A stretch of 64,000 nucleotides of DNA from Prevotella sp. (GTDB lineage Bacteria; Bacteroidota; Bacteroidia; Bacteroidales; Bacteroidaceae): contig JAFTFC010000001.1 in assembly GCA_017449725.1 (NCBI GenBank), positions 6,979 to 70,978 of the forward strand, read 5' to 3'. Under the pieces are notes generated by a model that did not search any database, was not told the origin of the DNA, and saw nothing but the letters and a program-made list of their open reading frames with translations. Within the stretch, counting starts at the first letter, position 1, and the number at the start of each line of letters is the position of its first letter. A program made the position numbers and the translations under genes. Shown here piece by piece: positions 36,428 through 45,764 of the stretch.

Positions 36428-37414
36428 ATGCGCGACAATATCAAACAAGCCATAATCGCAGCCATAATGCTCATTGTCGGCGTGGTCGGCGGAATCGTCG
36501 GCGGCACTCAAATCAGCATACAGACTGGCGAAGATGGTAAAACTAATATCACGGTGGAATCCTCGTATTCTCTGGAACTTCCTCAAGCAGAAGTTATCGA
36601 GACGGCGGACGGCGAGATTGAGGTTATAAATGCCACGCAGGTCGAAGCAGTGGACTCTCAAAACGCGTCGAACCTTACCGAATGTGACGAGAACGAAGAA
36701 GAATGCGGACTCGGTACCTATTACTGGGCACCAACTGATACGCCTTATATCTTCTATGATTACACCAAGAACCAATGTTGGAACACCGACGGGGCGTACG
36801 GCGGGCAGTGCTGGGATTACGGGGATTTATTCTGGCAAAACTACGCTGGACGTAGGTTGTCTACCTGTGGAACCGGAGCGGCTAAAGGCACATGGGCTGG
36901 CGATTGTAAGTATATCAACGCTGGCAACGACTTTACCCTCATAGAAGACCCGACACAATTACAGCCGGGCGACTGGGTTGTATTCAACAACGGTACATGG
37001 GGTCATATCGGCATGGCTCTCGGCTACTACGACGGTGGCTACATCATGCTAGCAGGTCAAAACCAAGGTGGCGCAGCGTGTCAAGGTGGCGGTGGCGCAG
37101 TCAACGTTATTAAAATCTCGTTAGGCTCGTTCGCTGGTGCTTTCAGACCGAACGCGTACATCGTACCGGAACCAGAACCAGAGCCGGAACCAACGCCTGA
37201 AAACTGCGACGTTATCGAAGTCAAAGCGGGTGATACACTCGGTGAGATTATGAAACGCTGCGAGGGCGAGATTAAGTGGGGGGAAGCCATGAACGACTAT
37301 GCTCGCTCGTGGAAGTCCACTAAATATGTGCTTTACCCGACTGTCTATGATGGCTGGGCAAGCGCAGGCGGTTATGGATTGTTCGCTGGTGATACCATCG
37401 AAAGAATCAAATAG
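36428..37414 (+). CDS. Endolysin: N-terminal TM/signal, CHAP domain, PE linker, LysM-like domain
   Basis: DGAYGGQCWD, GHIG, GQNQ, PEPEPEP and VKAGDTLGEI motifs. Confidence 0.85.
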   Translation: MRDNIKQAIIAAIMLIVGVVGGIVGGTQISIQTGEDGKTNITVESSYSLELPQAEVIETADGEIEVINATQVEAVDSQNASNLTECDENEEECGLGTYYWAPTDTPYIFYDYTKNQCWNTDGAYGGQCWDYGDLFWQNYAGRRLSTCGTGAAKGTWAGDCKYINAGNDFTLIEDPTQLQPGDWVVFNNGTWGHIGMALGYYDGGYIMLAGQNQGGAACQGGGGAVNVIKISLGSFAGAFRPNAYIVPEPEPEPEPTPENCDVIEVKAGDTLGEIMKRCEGEIKWGEAMNDYARSWKSTKYVLYPTVYDGWASAGGYGLFAGDTIERIK

Positions 37415-37426
37415 CCACCTAGAAAT

Positions 37427-37457
37427 AAAGAGCGCTCGGGTGGGGGCGCTCTTTTTT
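37427..37457 (+). terminator. Intrinsic terminator
   Basis: AAGAGCGCTC...GGGCGCTCTTTTTT. Confidence 0.8.
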
Positions 37458-37490
37458 GTGCTATAATGGTTATGAAAGGAAGTCAATACA

Positions 37491-38687
37491 ATGGCAACGA
37501 ACCTAGTTATAGACACGATTACGACTACCGAAACCACAATGTCTTTTCAAGTGGTTAATTTTGGCTCCTCGAGAACCGTCAATGTAAAGGTAGACAATAA
37601 CGGAACCGTTGTATACAACTCCAACTATTACATCGGACAGTTTACGTACCAGACAATAAGCGTAAGCGGATTATCACCCGGAACGACATATACAATAACC
37701 GCAACAGCCTCTCCAGACGTGACGACGGCTACTGCCACGACACAAGGTACTCCGTCTACCACTAAAACTATTACCATAACCGGTAGAGCCAGAATCAGGC
37801 GCACGAAAACATCTACTATAATTGGGCAGGTGAGCATATACGCTGGAATCAAGGGTGGAGTCATGAATAGTGGCACGTACGGCGGTTTTGGCTGGGGCGG
37901 TGGTCTGTGGGGTGGCGCTTTCTCGGCTGGAATGAGGAACAATACGGAGATAGACGGTCAAGTACGAATCCAGAAGTCATACAGTGATACAATATCTGGG
38001 CAAGTGCAAATCAGACGTAGCGAGCAAACATCATTAAACGGTCAAGTACGCATTGAAAAGACGCAGCAGAGCGATATATCGGGTCAGGTGACGGTTTATG
38101 TACCCGGAACTACGTACATCGGCGGTAAAGTATGTATCAAGAAGACAGCCAGCACTGCTATATCTGGTAAAGTAGTAGTGGTAAACACCAACTCCACGAA
38201 TATCAGCGGTAGCGTACGCATTAAAAAGGTCAGACAGTCAGACATAACCGGTCAGGTGCGAATCCGAATCACGGCACCAGAGAAACTACCTCAAACGTGG
38301 CGCAAACAAGACCCAGAGAAAGAACATCAGGACTGGAGCGAATCAGAAAAGCAACAGAGAGAATGGTCGACTATGGTAGACAAAACTGCGGACTCGTGGG
38401 AAGAAACACCTCAAGAAAAGGACGCGCAGGAATGGGAGAACGTAGACAAAGGTAGACAAACGTGGACTGGCTCCGATAAAGCCGATTCTACGTGGAATGA
38501 GCAGGAAAAAGCAGCGAAAAGTTGGAATAACGCGCCGGCAAAGAATACTCCGGACTGGGAGGGCAGAGACAAAGACGCGCAGGGCTGGAATAAGACCGAG
38601 CAGGAGAATCAGAATTGGAAGAAGTCGGCAGACAAACCATCGCAGGAGTGGAATTATCAGGAGTACGAACTCTCCTCGCAAACATAG
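37491..38687 (+). CDS. Repeat-rich virion protein (FN3-like domain, ISGQVRI repeats, Trp repeats)
   Basis: VSGLSPGTTYTITAT; ~15-aa I.GQV.I repeats; periodic Trp C-terminal tract. Confidence 0.65.
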   Translation: MATNLVIDTITTTETTMSFQVVNFGSSRTVNVKVDNNGTVVYNSNYYIGQFTYQTISVSGLSPGTTYTITATASPDVTTATATTQGTPSTTKTITITGRARIRRTKTSTIIGQVSIYAGIKGGVMNSGTYGGFGWGGGLWGGAFSAGMRNNTEIDGQVRIQKSYSDTISGQVQIRRSEQTSLNGQVRIEKTQQSDISGQVTVYVPGTTYIGGKVCIKKTASTAISGKVVVVNTNSTNISGSVRIKKVRQSDITGQVRIRITAPEKLPQTWRKQDPEKEHQDWSESEKQQREWSTMVDKTADSWEETPQEKDAQEWENVDKGRQTWTGSDKADSTWNEQEKAAKSWNNAPAKNTPDWEGRDKDAQGWNKTEQENQNWKKSADKPSQEWNYQEYELSSQT

Positions 38688-38726
38688 CAAAAGCATGATA
38701 TAATTTAATATAAGGAGATTAACAAA

Positions 38727-39638
38727 ATGCTAACATTTACTCAACGAAAACAACAGGCGGCAAAGTTGTGTGGCATACACTATACGGAGCCAGAGATGGA
38801 GACGATAGTTCTTAATCTTAACCTAGCAGACAAACTCTTTCAGAATGCGGCGCGACGACCGTGGACTAGAAAAGAGAAGACAACAAACCTCGTCGCGAAT
38901 CAGCAATACTATCAGATTGCAACTGATATGTACCGCGTGGCAGAAGTCAGGTGCAAGCAGGCTACGAGTAGCACTGTTATTGTTCCTCTCGAGGAAGTAC
39001 GGTCAGAGCATGAGTGGAATAGATTAAACGCGTTCCCGAGTGCAGGAATGTTCCCGACCCATTTCTTTATCAGAGGCAATGACGAGATTGGTATATTCCC
39101 AGTGCCGGCAAATAATATCACGGACGGTCTCATGGTCGCCTACGAGCCGAGGATTCGTGATATGGGCAAAGACGACGTAAACTTTACCGCAGCAGTGACA
39201 GCGAATAGCACGACGATTACAGCCTCAACAAACGTATTCCAGCCATATATGGTGGAGAACTGGTATATCTACAACACGGACGGCACGGACGGCAACTACT
39301 ACAAGATTCAGAAGTATATCAGTCCGACAAAGGTAGAGATTGAGAATAACTACCTAGGTGTGACTAACGCTTCAGCAAGCCTCTCCATGGGGCAGGTGCC
39401 ACCATACCCAGAGGAATATCACGAAGCGAGCGTATTCTACGCGGTGTTTAAGTTCTTCGCAATGAGAAAAGACACGGATTCGAGCGCGATGTATCGTACA
39501 CTATTCGAGGACGCGCTGCGACAATATCAGACACGCTACGGCAACAAGACAGTATCAGGAGTGGTGACTCCGGGCAGGAGACGTTTACCAAATATCACAG
39601 ATGTATTCGCAAACTCAACTCTAACAGAGGGGGCTTAA
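38727..39638 (+). CDS. Putative head-tail adaptor/tail tubular protein A
   Basis: P..F.I....I.IFPVP and PEEYHEA.V.YA motifs; upstream of the nozzle-like gene. Confidence 0.6.
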   Translation: MLTFTQRKQQAAKLCGIHYTEPEMETIVLNLNLADKLFQNAARRPWTRKEKTTNLVANQQYYQIATDMYRVAEVRCKQATSSTVIVPLEEVRSEHEWNRLNAFPSAGMFPTHFFIRGNDEIGIFPVPANNITDGLMVAYEPRIRDMGKDDVNFTAAVTANSTTITASTNVFQPYMVENWYIYNTDGTDGNYYKIQKYISPTKVEIENNYLGVTNASASLSMGQVPPYPEEYHEASVFYAVFKFFAMRKDTDSSAMYRTLFEDALRQYQTRYGNKTVSGVVTPGRRRLPNITDVFANSTLTEGA

Positions 39639-39639
39639 T

Positions 39640-41700
39640 ATGAGCGTCGGCAATACTGGTTCAAGGCTTATCGGCAACACCGAGTTTTACGGTGGATTAT
39701 CAACTGACGTCAAAATCGGTATCGAAAACTCATACGCAGACGCAGAATGTCTGGACGTGAGGAAGTCTCCGTCGCAAATGACAGTGCTGCCAAAGGCAAA
39801 ATCTATCACAGCAAGCGAAACTAGCCCTATCGTAGCCATGACGCAGGATTCGTACGGAGTGGTTTATGGGATTCGAGGCGATGGTAAATTATACACGGTC
39901 GCTAACGACAACTCCGCTCTGAATGTGCTTAACAGCGCAACGCCGTTCGATAGTGGCATGGGGTTGGAATACTACACGACCGACGATTCGTTGTATTTCA
40001 CCTCGAAAGATTACCGGTTCGGTTCATACGGGCAGATAAACTCGGTGCCGGCTGGAGAATCTACCACGAGAACTACGTTTACTACGATGGACGACAACGG
40101 GCGCTACGTGCGATACCCGATTGAGATTCAGAACTACGGCGAGACGGTATACTACAAGGCTAATACGACGGTAGACCGCTCCGCAGGCACCGCAACGTGC
40201 GCGGTTCCGACATCTGTGTCGGAAACAGACGCAAACAAGGCGTTGGTACTACCAAAGGCAAATAATATAGCCAAAATTGGCGTGTACTTCACGACTAAAG
40301 TGTCTTCTACGGTCTACTTGGTATTACATGACGAAAATAACAATGTGGTGCTTAAAAGCGCGAATAAGACGCTTACAGCAGGTTCTAATGAGTTGGTAGA
40401 GTTCGATATGCTGCCGAATCCGGGTACGTCTCTCGCCGTAGACAACTTCCCACACGTAAAGAATCCATGGAGCGGCGATACGAGCGAGGCTGGTACGGTT
40501 TACCACCTACATATTGTGGCTAGTACCTCTGGCAATTATGTCAAGACGAACACGGCAAACAATATGAACCTCGGGCTTTACTTCACGATAAAGACTTATG
40601 TGCTAAACTGGACTCGCAACGGCAAACACCCTCTGACGACGTTCGATAGAGTGTACATCGGCAACGGTCAATACGTCTCTGTAAAAGAGGCAGCGCCGCC
40701 GGATTACCTTAACGATTCGATATTTATTCAAAATGCGTTCCGTGTAGACGACGGCTACGAGGTCTGCTCGTTCTGTATGACTGACGACTACCTCATTGTA
40801 GGTGCAGAGAAGTTTAATATAGAGGGAGATAGACCGCAACAGGGCGGACGGCTCTATTTCTGGGACAGGTCAAGCGAATTGGCTTCGTTCACGGTGGACT
40901 GCCCGATGGGTTCTCCGAGTTGTATGCACAACATGGGCGACATCGTGTACGTCGTGGTAGGTGGTGCATTATACGCATATACTGGCGGCAAAGAACTCGT
41001 CAAGGTGCGTACGTTTAGAGGCACTGACACGGAGTTCTCCGGCTCGGCAACAGAGATTGTACAATACCCGAATATGATGGCTACGAGACGCGAAGTCATG
41101 ATGATTGGCTACCCGTCATGGACTAACGCTACCTCTATAAAATATGGCATAAGGGCGTGGGGAGCGACCGACAAGAACTACCCGAACTGCTTTACGTATA
41201 ATTACAGGATTCCGGGCGCTGCGGACGTATTCAACGACGACAAAAAGGGCTACGCTATATTCTGCGTGTATAATTTCGGCGATACGCTACTGTTCGCATA
41301 CGGCATAGAGAATAAGGCAGCCACTCCGTCTACATGGACTTACGGGCTGGCTTGCGTAGACAACAAGTGCGGAACAGAGACAAAGTTTTTCTGGGAATCG
41401 CTACAATACGACGCAGGTTCTCCGGCATACGAGAAGATGGCGTTGCGTGTGGGCATTTATTTCGACGCATTACCGACTGGCTGTACGATTACTCCAAAAT
41501 ATCGCATTGACGACGGAGACTGGGTAGACGGCGCAGTTTCAGCAGGAGAGGGAGACCGCTACGTGCATTGTGAGGTCAACCAACGCTTCCACGAGATACA
41601 GGTAGGCTTTTCTGGCACGTCATTAAACGATTACAATACTCCAGCAATTAAACAAGTCGGTATGGAGATACGCATACTGAATGAGGAGGCAAAACTATAA
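39640..41700 (+). CDS. Putative tail nozzle/tubular protein B (head stabilisation)
   Basis: 686 aa, N-terminal F.GGL motif, beta-propeller-like composition, podovirus gene order. Confidence 0.65.
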   Translation: MSVGNTGSRLIGNTEFYGGLSTDVKIGIENSYADAECLDVRKSPSQMTVLPKAKSITASETSPIVAMTQDSYGVVYGIRGDGKLYTVANDNSALNVLNSATPFDSGMGLEYYTTDDSLYFTSKDYRFGSYGQINSVPAGESTTRTTFTTMDDNGRYVRYPIEIQNYGETVYYKANTTVDRSAGTATCAVPTSVSETDANKALVLPKANNIAKIGVYFTTKVSSTVYLVLHDENNNVVLKSANKTLTAGSNELVEFDMLPNPGTSLAVDNFPHVKNPWSGDTSEAGTVYHLHIVASTSGNYVKTNTANNMNLGLYFTIKTYVLNWTRNGKHPLTTFDRVYIGNGQYVSVKEAAPPDYLNDSIFIQNAFRVDDGYEVCSFCMTDDYLIVGAEKFNIEGDRPQQGGRLYFWDRSSELASFTVDCPMGSPSCMHNMGDIVYVVVGGALYAYTGGKELVKVRTFRGTDTEFSGSATEIVQYPNMMATRREVMMIGYPSWTNATSIKYGIRAWGATDKNYPNCFTYNYRIPGAADVFNDDKKGYAIFCVYNFGDTLLFAYGIENKAATPSTWTYGLACVDNKCGTETKFFWESLQYDAGSPAYEKMALRVGIYFDALPTGCTITPKYRIDDGDWVDGAVSAGEGDRYVHCEVNQRFHEIQVGFSGTSLNDYNTPAIKQVGMEIRILNEEAKL

Positions 41701-41978
41701 TGGCAGGTTCTGATTACTCCGCAAACTATGGCTACGACCCGCAGATTGCGGACGTGATACGCCCGCTAGGTCAAGGCACGGTCAAGAAGACCGAAAACGG
41801 ATTTCGCACGGTTCAAAACGTAGAAGTAGGAGCCGGAGCAAAGCAAGATAGAGTAGATACATACAAACTTGCGACCGGTGTTTTAGTAGGTACGCAACAG
41901 GTGAAAGGTCAGATTCAGGTAGTAGACTCAAACGGGCGCAAAGTGATGGTGATGGGCTACGGTAAAGATAAGTTCTAG
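41700..41978 (+). CDS. Copy 2: small virion protein
   Basis: Identical to 1587-1865. Confidence 0.65.
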   Translation: MAGSDYSANYGYDPQIADVIRPLGQGTVKKTENGFRTVQNVEVGAGAKQDRVDTYKLATGVLVGTQQVKGQIQVVDSNGRKVMVMGYGKDKF

Positions 41979-41986
41979 GAGGGAAT

Positions 41987-43039
41987 ATGGCAACTTTTAT
42001 TCCGAACAAGTACAACCCGAAAGAGCGGTCAAACTATGGTGTGCGAGTAGCGCGCCCGGGTTTTGACGCTTCAACTTGTGCGCAGAATCAGTTGCTTTTT
42101 AACTCCGGGTGGGCGATTATGCAGATAGCGGAAGTGGTAGATTTCAGGAATCAGCCGGCGCAATATCTCTATATTATGACGACAAACACCACGGTTTACG
42201 ATTCAGCCACTGGAACGTACAATTTCTCGGAGGAATCGGAAGAAGTGTCGTCGGTGCCATCAGGCTATAACAGCGAAAATGATTTTGAGACCTCGTTTTT
42301 CCACGACGTTTTAGTGAATAAAAGGTACGTCCTCAAGTCCGCTGGTGCTACGTATCACATTTATTATTACCCAGTAGAGCAAACTACGGTCGGTACGGTG
42401 ACTACGACTATCAGCAGACGATGTTCGAGGTACAGCGTGTATAAAAAAGCGCATGGGCTGGATTTTGTACCGTTTTTCGCCAAGAGCGAGTGGCTTTCAG
42501 GAGTAAGCAACTGCGTGTTATTATTCAATATAGACATCAGGCGCGACGTGGATTACCCATATACAGAGGAGGCGTTGCCGCTCATTTCAAAGACCGGAGA
42601 CTACGGCATAAAATCAGCGTCCATATTCGGCGAGAACGTACCCGGATTATGCTCGAATATGTTTAGCAAGTTAGTGCAGGCGGTCAAAACAGAGGAGACA
42701 GTGCAGGGAGACCGTGATATGGGCGGTGGCGATACAGACACGCGCGCAATATGGAGTCCGGTAAACACAGACGACCCAAACGAGGTGCCGGCGGGCGCTT
42801 TCCTCGACTACGAGATATATGCGTTCGTAGAGGACAAGTATTTCTCCGCTCCCGACGATGGCGGAGAGTATTACAGAGAGCAACCGGTGCAATATATGTC
42901 TGGTTCGTTCGGTGGCGCAGCAAAGGACGCGTGGGCGGTCACTACGTCGAGTTTTCAGTCCATTATGCAAGATAAGAACAGTCTAGTCGCACTACGTAAA
43001 CCGATGGTGAGTCCATCGTATGAGGAGATTACGGTATGA
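41987..43039 (+). CDS. Copy 2: tail-associated protein
   Basis: Identical to 1874-2926. Confidence 0.6.
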   Translation: MATFIPNKYNPKERSNYGVRVARPGFDASTCAQNQLLFNSGWAIMQIAEVVDFRNQPAQYLYIMTTNTTVYDSATGTYNFSEESEEVSSVPSGYNSENDFETSFFHDVLVNKRYVLKSAGATYHIYYYPVEQTTVGTVTTTISRRCSRYSVYKKAHGLDFVPFFAKSEWLSGVSNCVLLFNIDIRRDVDYPYTEEALPLISKTGDYGIKSASIFGENVPGLCSNMFSKLVQAVKTEETVQGDRDMGGGDTDTRAIWSPVNTDDPNEVPAGAFLDYEIYAFVEDKYFSAPDDGGEYYREQPVQYMSGSFGGAAKDAWAVTTSSFQSIMQDKNSLVALRKPMVSPSYEEITV

Positions 43040-43800
43040 GCAATTATGGATTCGCAACGTATGATTCAGAGACACAGAGAATACAGGGAATGGTAAACTC
43101 CAAGTTCCCGATATTCGGACCCCGATATAACGACATTGACAAGGCTTTTCGCACGATTCATATTACAGACACGTACCAGTCCGGCTTTATCACGTCTCCA
43201 AACGTCCATTTACCGCCGGCGCAAAGATACCAGACTATCGCAGACCAAGGCGTAAAGAGAATGCTTATCGCAACGATTCCGCACGGGTTCAAGCAACGTC
43301 CACTAGGCTATGTGACGTTTTCGGGGGCTTTCGTAAAGAATGTGCGGTGCCGGTGGGAGTATACCAACGCATACGATTACTACCAATACTACGCCCCGTC
43401 TACTAATCTGAATAACACGACCACCACAAACATTGACGCTATATCTGACGCGTCTGGTACTATTATGGCTACCGCATATACCGGCGACTGGAGCGCTTTC
43501 GCCCAAAACTATTTCAGCGTATCATACCCAAGCCCAATAATTTATTTCGTAAGGCAGGCTGGCGTTGAGATTCCGGGCGGCAACCCATACGAGGTAGAGA
43601 TTGACGACACCAACGTCTATGTTTATCGCAACATATACTGGGTTGACTCGTACGTACGTGATTATTACTACTATTCAGAGGGGCAGAATCTGGAGTGGGA
43701 TTTCAGGTCGCGGGCTAAAGGTGTAGTGGACTTCGCAGGGTCGTCGTTTGATATGACTCTGTATCTATGCCCATACACGATGGAGGAATTACTAACATGA
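43036..43800 (+). CDS. Copy 2: tail-associated protein
   Basis: Identical to 2923-3687. Confidence 0.6.
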   Translation: MSNYGFATYDSETQRIQGMVNSKFPIFGPRYNDIDKAFRTIHITDTYQSGFITSPNVHLPPAQRYQTIADQGVKRMLIATIPHGFKQRPLGYVTFSGAFVKNVRCRWEYTNAYDYYQYYAPSTNLNNTTTTNIDAISDASGTIMATAYTGDWSAFAQNYFSVSYPSPIIYFVRQAGVEIPGGNPYEVEIDDTNVYVYRNIYWVDSYVRDYYYYSEGQNLEWDFRSRAKGVVDFAGSSFDMTLYLCPYTMEELLT

Positions 43801-44675
43801 ATAGCGCACAAGCAGAGGCAGAATGGAGATATTACCTAAACAACCCGCCACAAAAAGCGAGCAGTTATTATAACCAGTCTTTCGTAGACCGGATTAACGC
43901 TGCGCAGAACAACCTAAATAACCTCGTAGCAGAGAAAGACAAGGCGTACTCTACGCAACAGCAGGCGTACAACGATTATGACACGTTCACCGGCAATATG
44001 CGCAGTTATAACGAGTATTATCAGGAAGCAGAAAACCAGTTTGGAGTCACGCAGGCTAAAGACGACTACGAATCCACCCAAAAAGCCCTCGCAATGACAG
44101 AAAGTATGCTCGAAGCGTTGCCGAGTTCTATTTCTGCGCGTTCTGGGCGCCGTCTGACGCAAGAACAGCGGAATCTGCAATATAATAGGCAGGCGGACGT
44201 TATAAACGCCACACAGGGCGAATTATCGCGCGCTGCGAATACTTACGAGCAGGCATGGAAGACGGCGAGAGAGAATCAGGCAGCCAAAGCGACCGCCGGA
44301 ATGGTGGCGCAGCAGACCGAACAGCAAGACCTCGCGAGCAAATGGACGACACAATTACAGGAATACTACAACAAACTCAACTCGTACAACAAATCGCAGT
44401 ACGAATTGGCGGCAGAGCGCGCTGCATACTCGCAATGGCAGTTGCAACAGCGTCTACAAGCCTCGGCAATATGGGAACAGCAGTTGCAGGCGGCAGGAGA
44501 GCGGTACAGACAAATACTCGCGACCGAGCAGGCGCAGAGACAAGCCAATGCACAACTCGAACGTCAAAAACGCGAATACGAAGCCGAGCAAGCACGTCTC
44601 AAAGCAAAAGACCGTCTGGCGCAAAGTCTCGTCAACCTGCACTGGGCGCAGCAAGGAGGTGTACGGGCGTGGTAA
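43797..44675 (+). CDS. Copy 2: coiled-coil ejection-type protein
   Basis: Identical to 3684-4562. Confidence 0.65.
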   Translation: MNSAQAEAEWRYYLNNPPQKASSYYNQSFVDRINAAQNNLNNLVAEKDKAYSTQQQAYNDYDTFTGNMRSYNEYYQEAENQFGVTQAKDDYESTQKALAMTESMLEALPSSISARSGRRLTQEQRNLQYNRQADVINATQGELSRAANTYEQAWKTARENQAAKATAGMVAQQTEQQDLASKWTTQLQEYYNKLNSYNKSQYELAAERAAYSQWQLQQRLQASAIWEQQLQAAGERYRQILATEQAQRQANAQLERQKREYEAEQARLKAKDRLAQSLVNLHWAQQGGVRAW

Positions 44676-44764
44676 AGTATTTATGTTTTTCATTAAATGT
44701 GGTATTATAATAAATAAGACAACTGCTGAAAGGCACCCAGCCGGCAGATAAGAAAGGAAAAACA

Positions 44765-45763
44765 ATGGCAGCAAGCAGTTATGATTCAGTTTGGAGAAGT
44801 CAGCCGGTTTCAGACTGGAACCCGAACGACGCCTCTACTGGTCACGATTTCTTGAATCAAATCGACACGCAAAAAGGCAACGTTGCTAATGCCGAAAATA
44901 TCTACAAACAGCAAGCGGGTCAGGTAGCGGATTCGAGGAACACATATAACGACCTATTCAACAACAGAACCTCGTACAACGATATGTACAACGAGGCTAG
45001 ACAAACCGCCGGCGTAGACGACGCAAAGGCGCAATATCAGAAGTCACTCGCAGCAGTCAATGGCGTACAAAGCGCAATGACGGCTCTCCCGAGTTCAGTA
45101 AACGCTAACTCTGGGCGGGCATTAACCCAAGCGCAGGCTCAAGCGGCGATGGCTAACAATATGAATGAGTACAACTCTACTCTCCAATACTGGCAGAACC
45201 AGAACGCCGGAGACCAGAATATGTACCAGACCGCATTATCAGAAGCGCAGAACCTCGCAGGACAGAACTTATCAGAGCAACAATACAACATCAACACCGC
45301 GCTTACAAACTACCAAGCGCAGATGGACGCAGCGCAAAAAGCATACGACCAGATTATCAACGAGCGCAACATATTGCGTACTATCTACGGTCAGATGTTC
45401 GACGACGAATACAACCATAGGGCGCAAGAAATCGAAGCGTGGGCGAATCAAGTACAAGCCGAAACTACCAGATACGTACAAGACCAAGAGAACGCGAGAA
45501 ACGCAGCGCAGGTCGCAGCGCAGAACGCGTGGACTTCATACCTCAAACAGAAAGACGAAGCAGAGAAACAGGCTAAACTTAACACTGTCAAGAAGAACGA
45601 CTTTATCGACTCGTACGGCAATATACGTTATACCGATAGCAGGGGCAATCAGCAGACCTCTTATGTGAACCCTACCACCTATACCGACGCTAACGGCACG
45701 AGAGTAAACGCGTACGTGGCTTCTCCTGAACAGTTGGCTCAAATGATGTACGGAGGAAGATAA
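44765..45763 (+). CDS. Copy 2: coiled-coil ejection-type protein
   Basis: Identical to 4652-5650. Confidence 0.65.
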   Translation: MAASSYDSVWRSQPVSDWNPNDASTGHDFLNQIDTQKGNVANAENIYKQQAGQVADSRNTYNDLFNNRTSYNDMYNEARQTAGVDDAKAQYQKSLAAVNGVQSAMTALPSSVNANSGRALTQAQAQAAMANNMNEYNSTLQYWQNQNAGDQNMYQTALSEAQNLAGQNLSEQQYNINTALTNYQAQMDAAQKAYDQIINERNILRTIYGQMFDDEYNHRAQEIEAWANQVQAETTRYVQDQENARNAAQVAAQNAWTSYLKQKDEAEKQAKLNTVKKNDFIDSYGNIRYTDSRGNQQTSYVNPTTYTDANGTRVNAYVASPEQLAQMMYGGR

Positions 45764-45764
45764 A

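Larger units (their letters stand above)
1..40113. mobile_element. One complete unit of a tailed (podovirus-like) bacteriophage genome, circularly permuted
   Basis: TerL, portal, major capsid, endolysin and RecE/RecT present; no host housekeeping genes; no tape measure or sheath recognised. Confidence 0.93.

Noticed and set aside
1-40113. CRISPR array, tRNA or rRNA genes
   Set aside because: No regularly spaced repeat-spacer units or cloverleaf/T-loop signatures seen by eye; tRNAscan and CRISPR finders were not run
1-40113. Stop-codon reassignment
   Set aside because: Genes are full-length and tightly coupled in code 11; TAA, TAG and TGA all end genes
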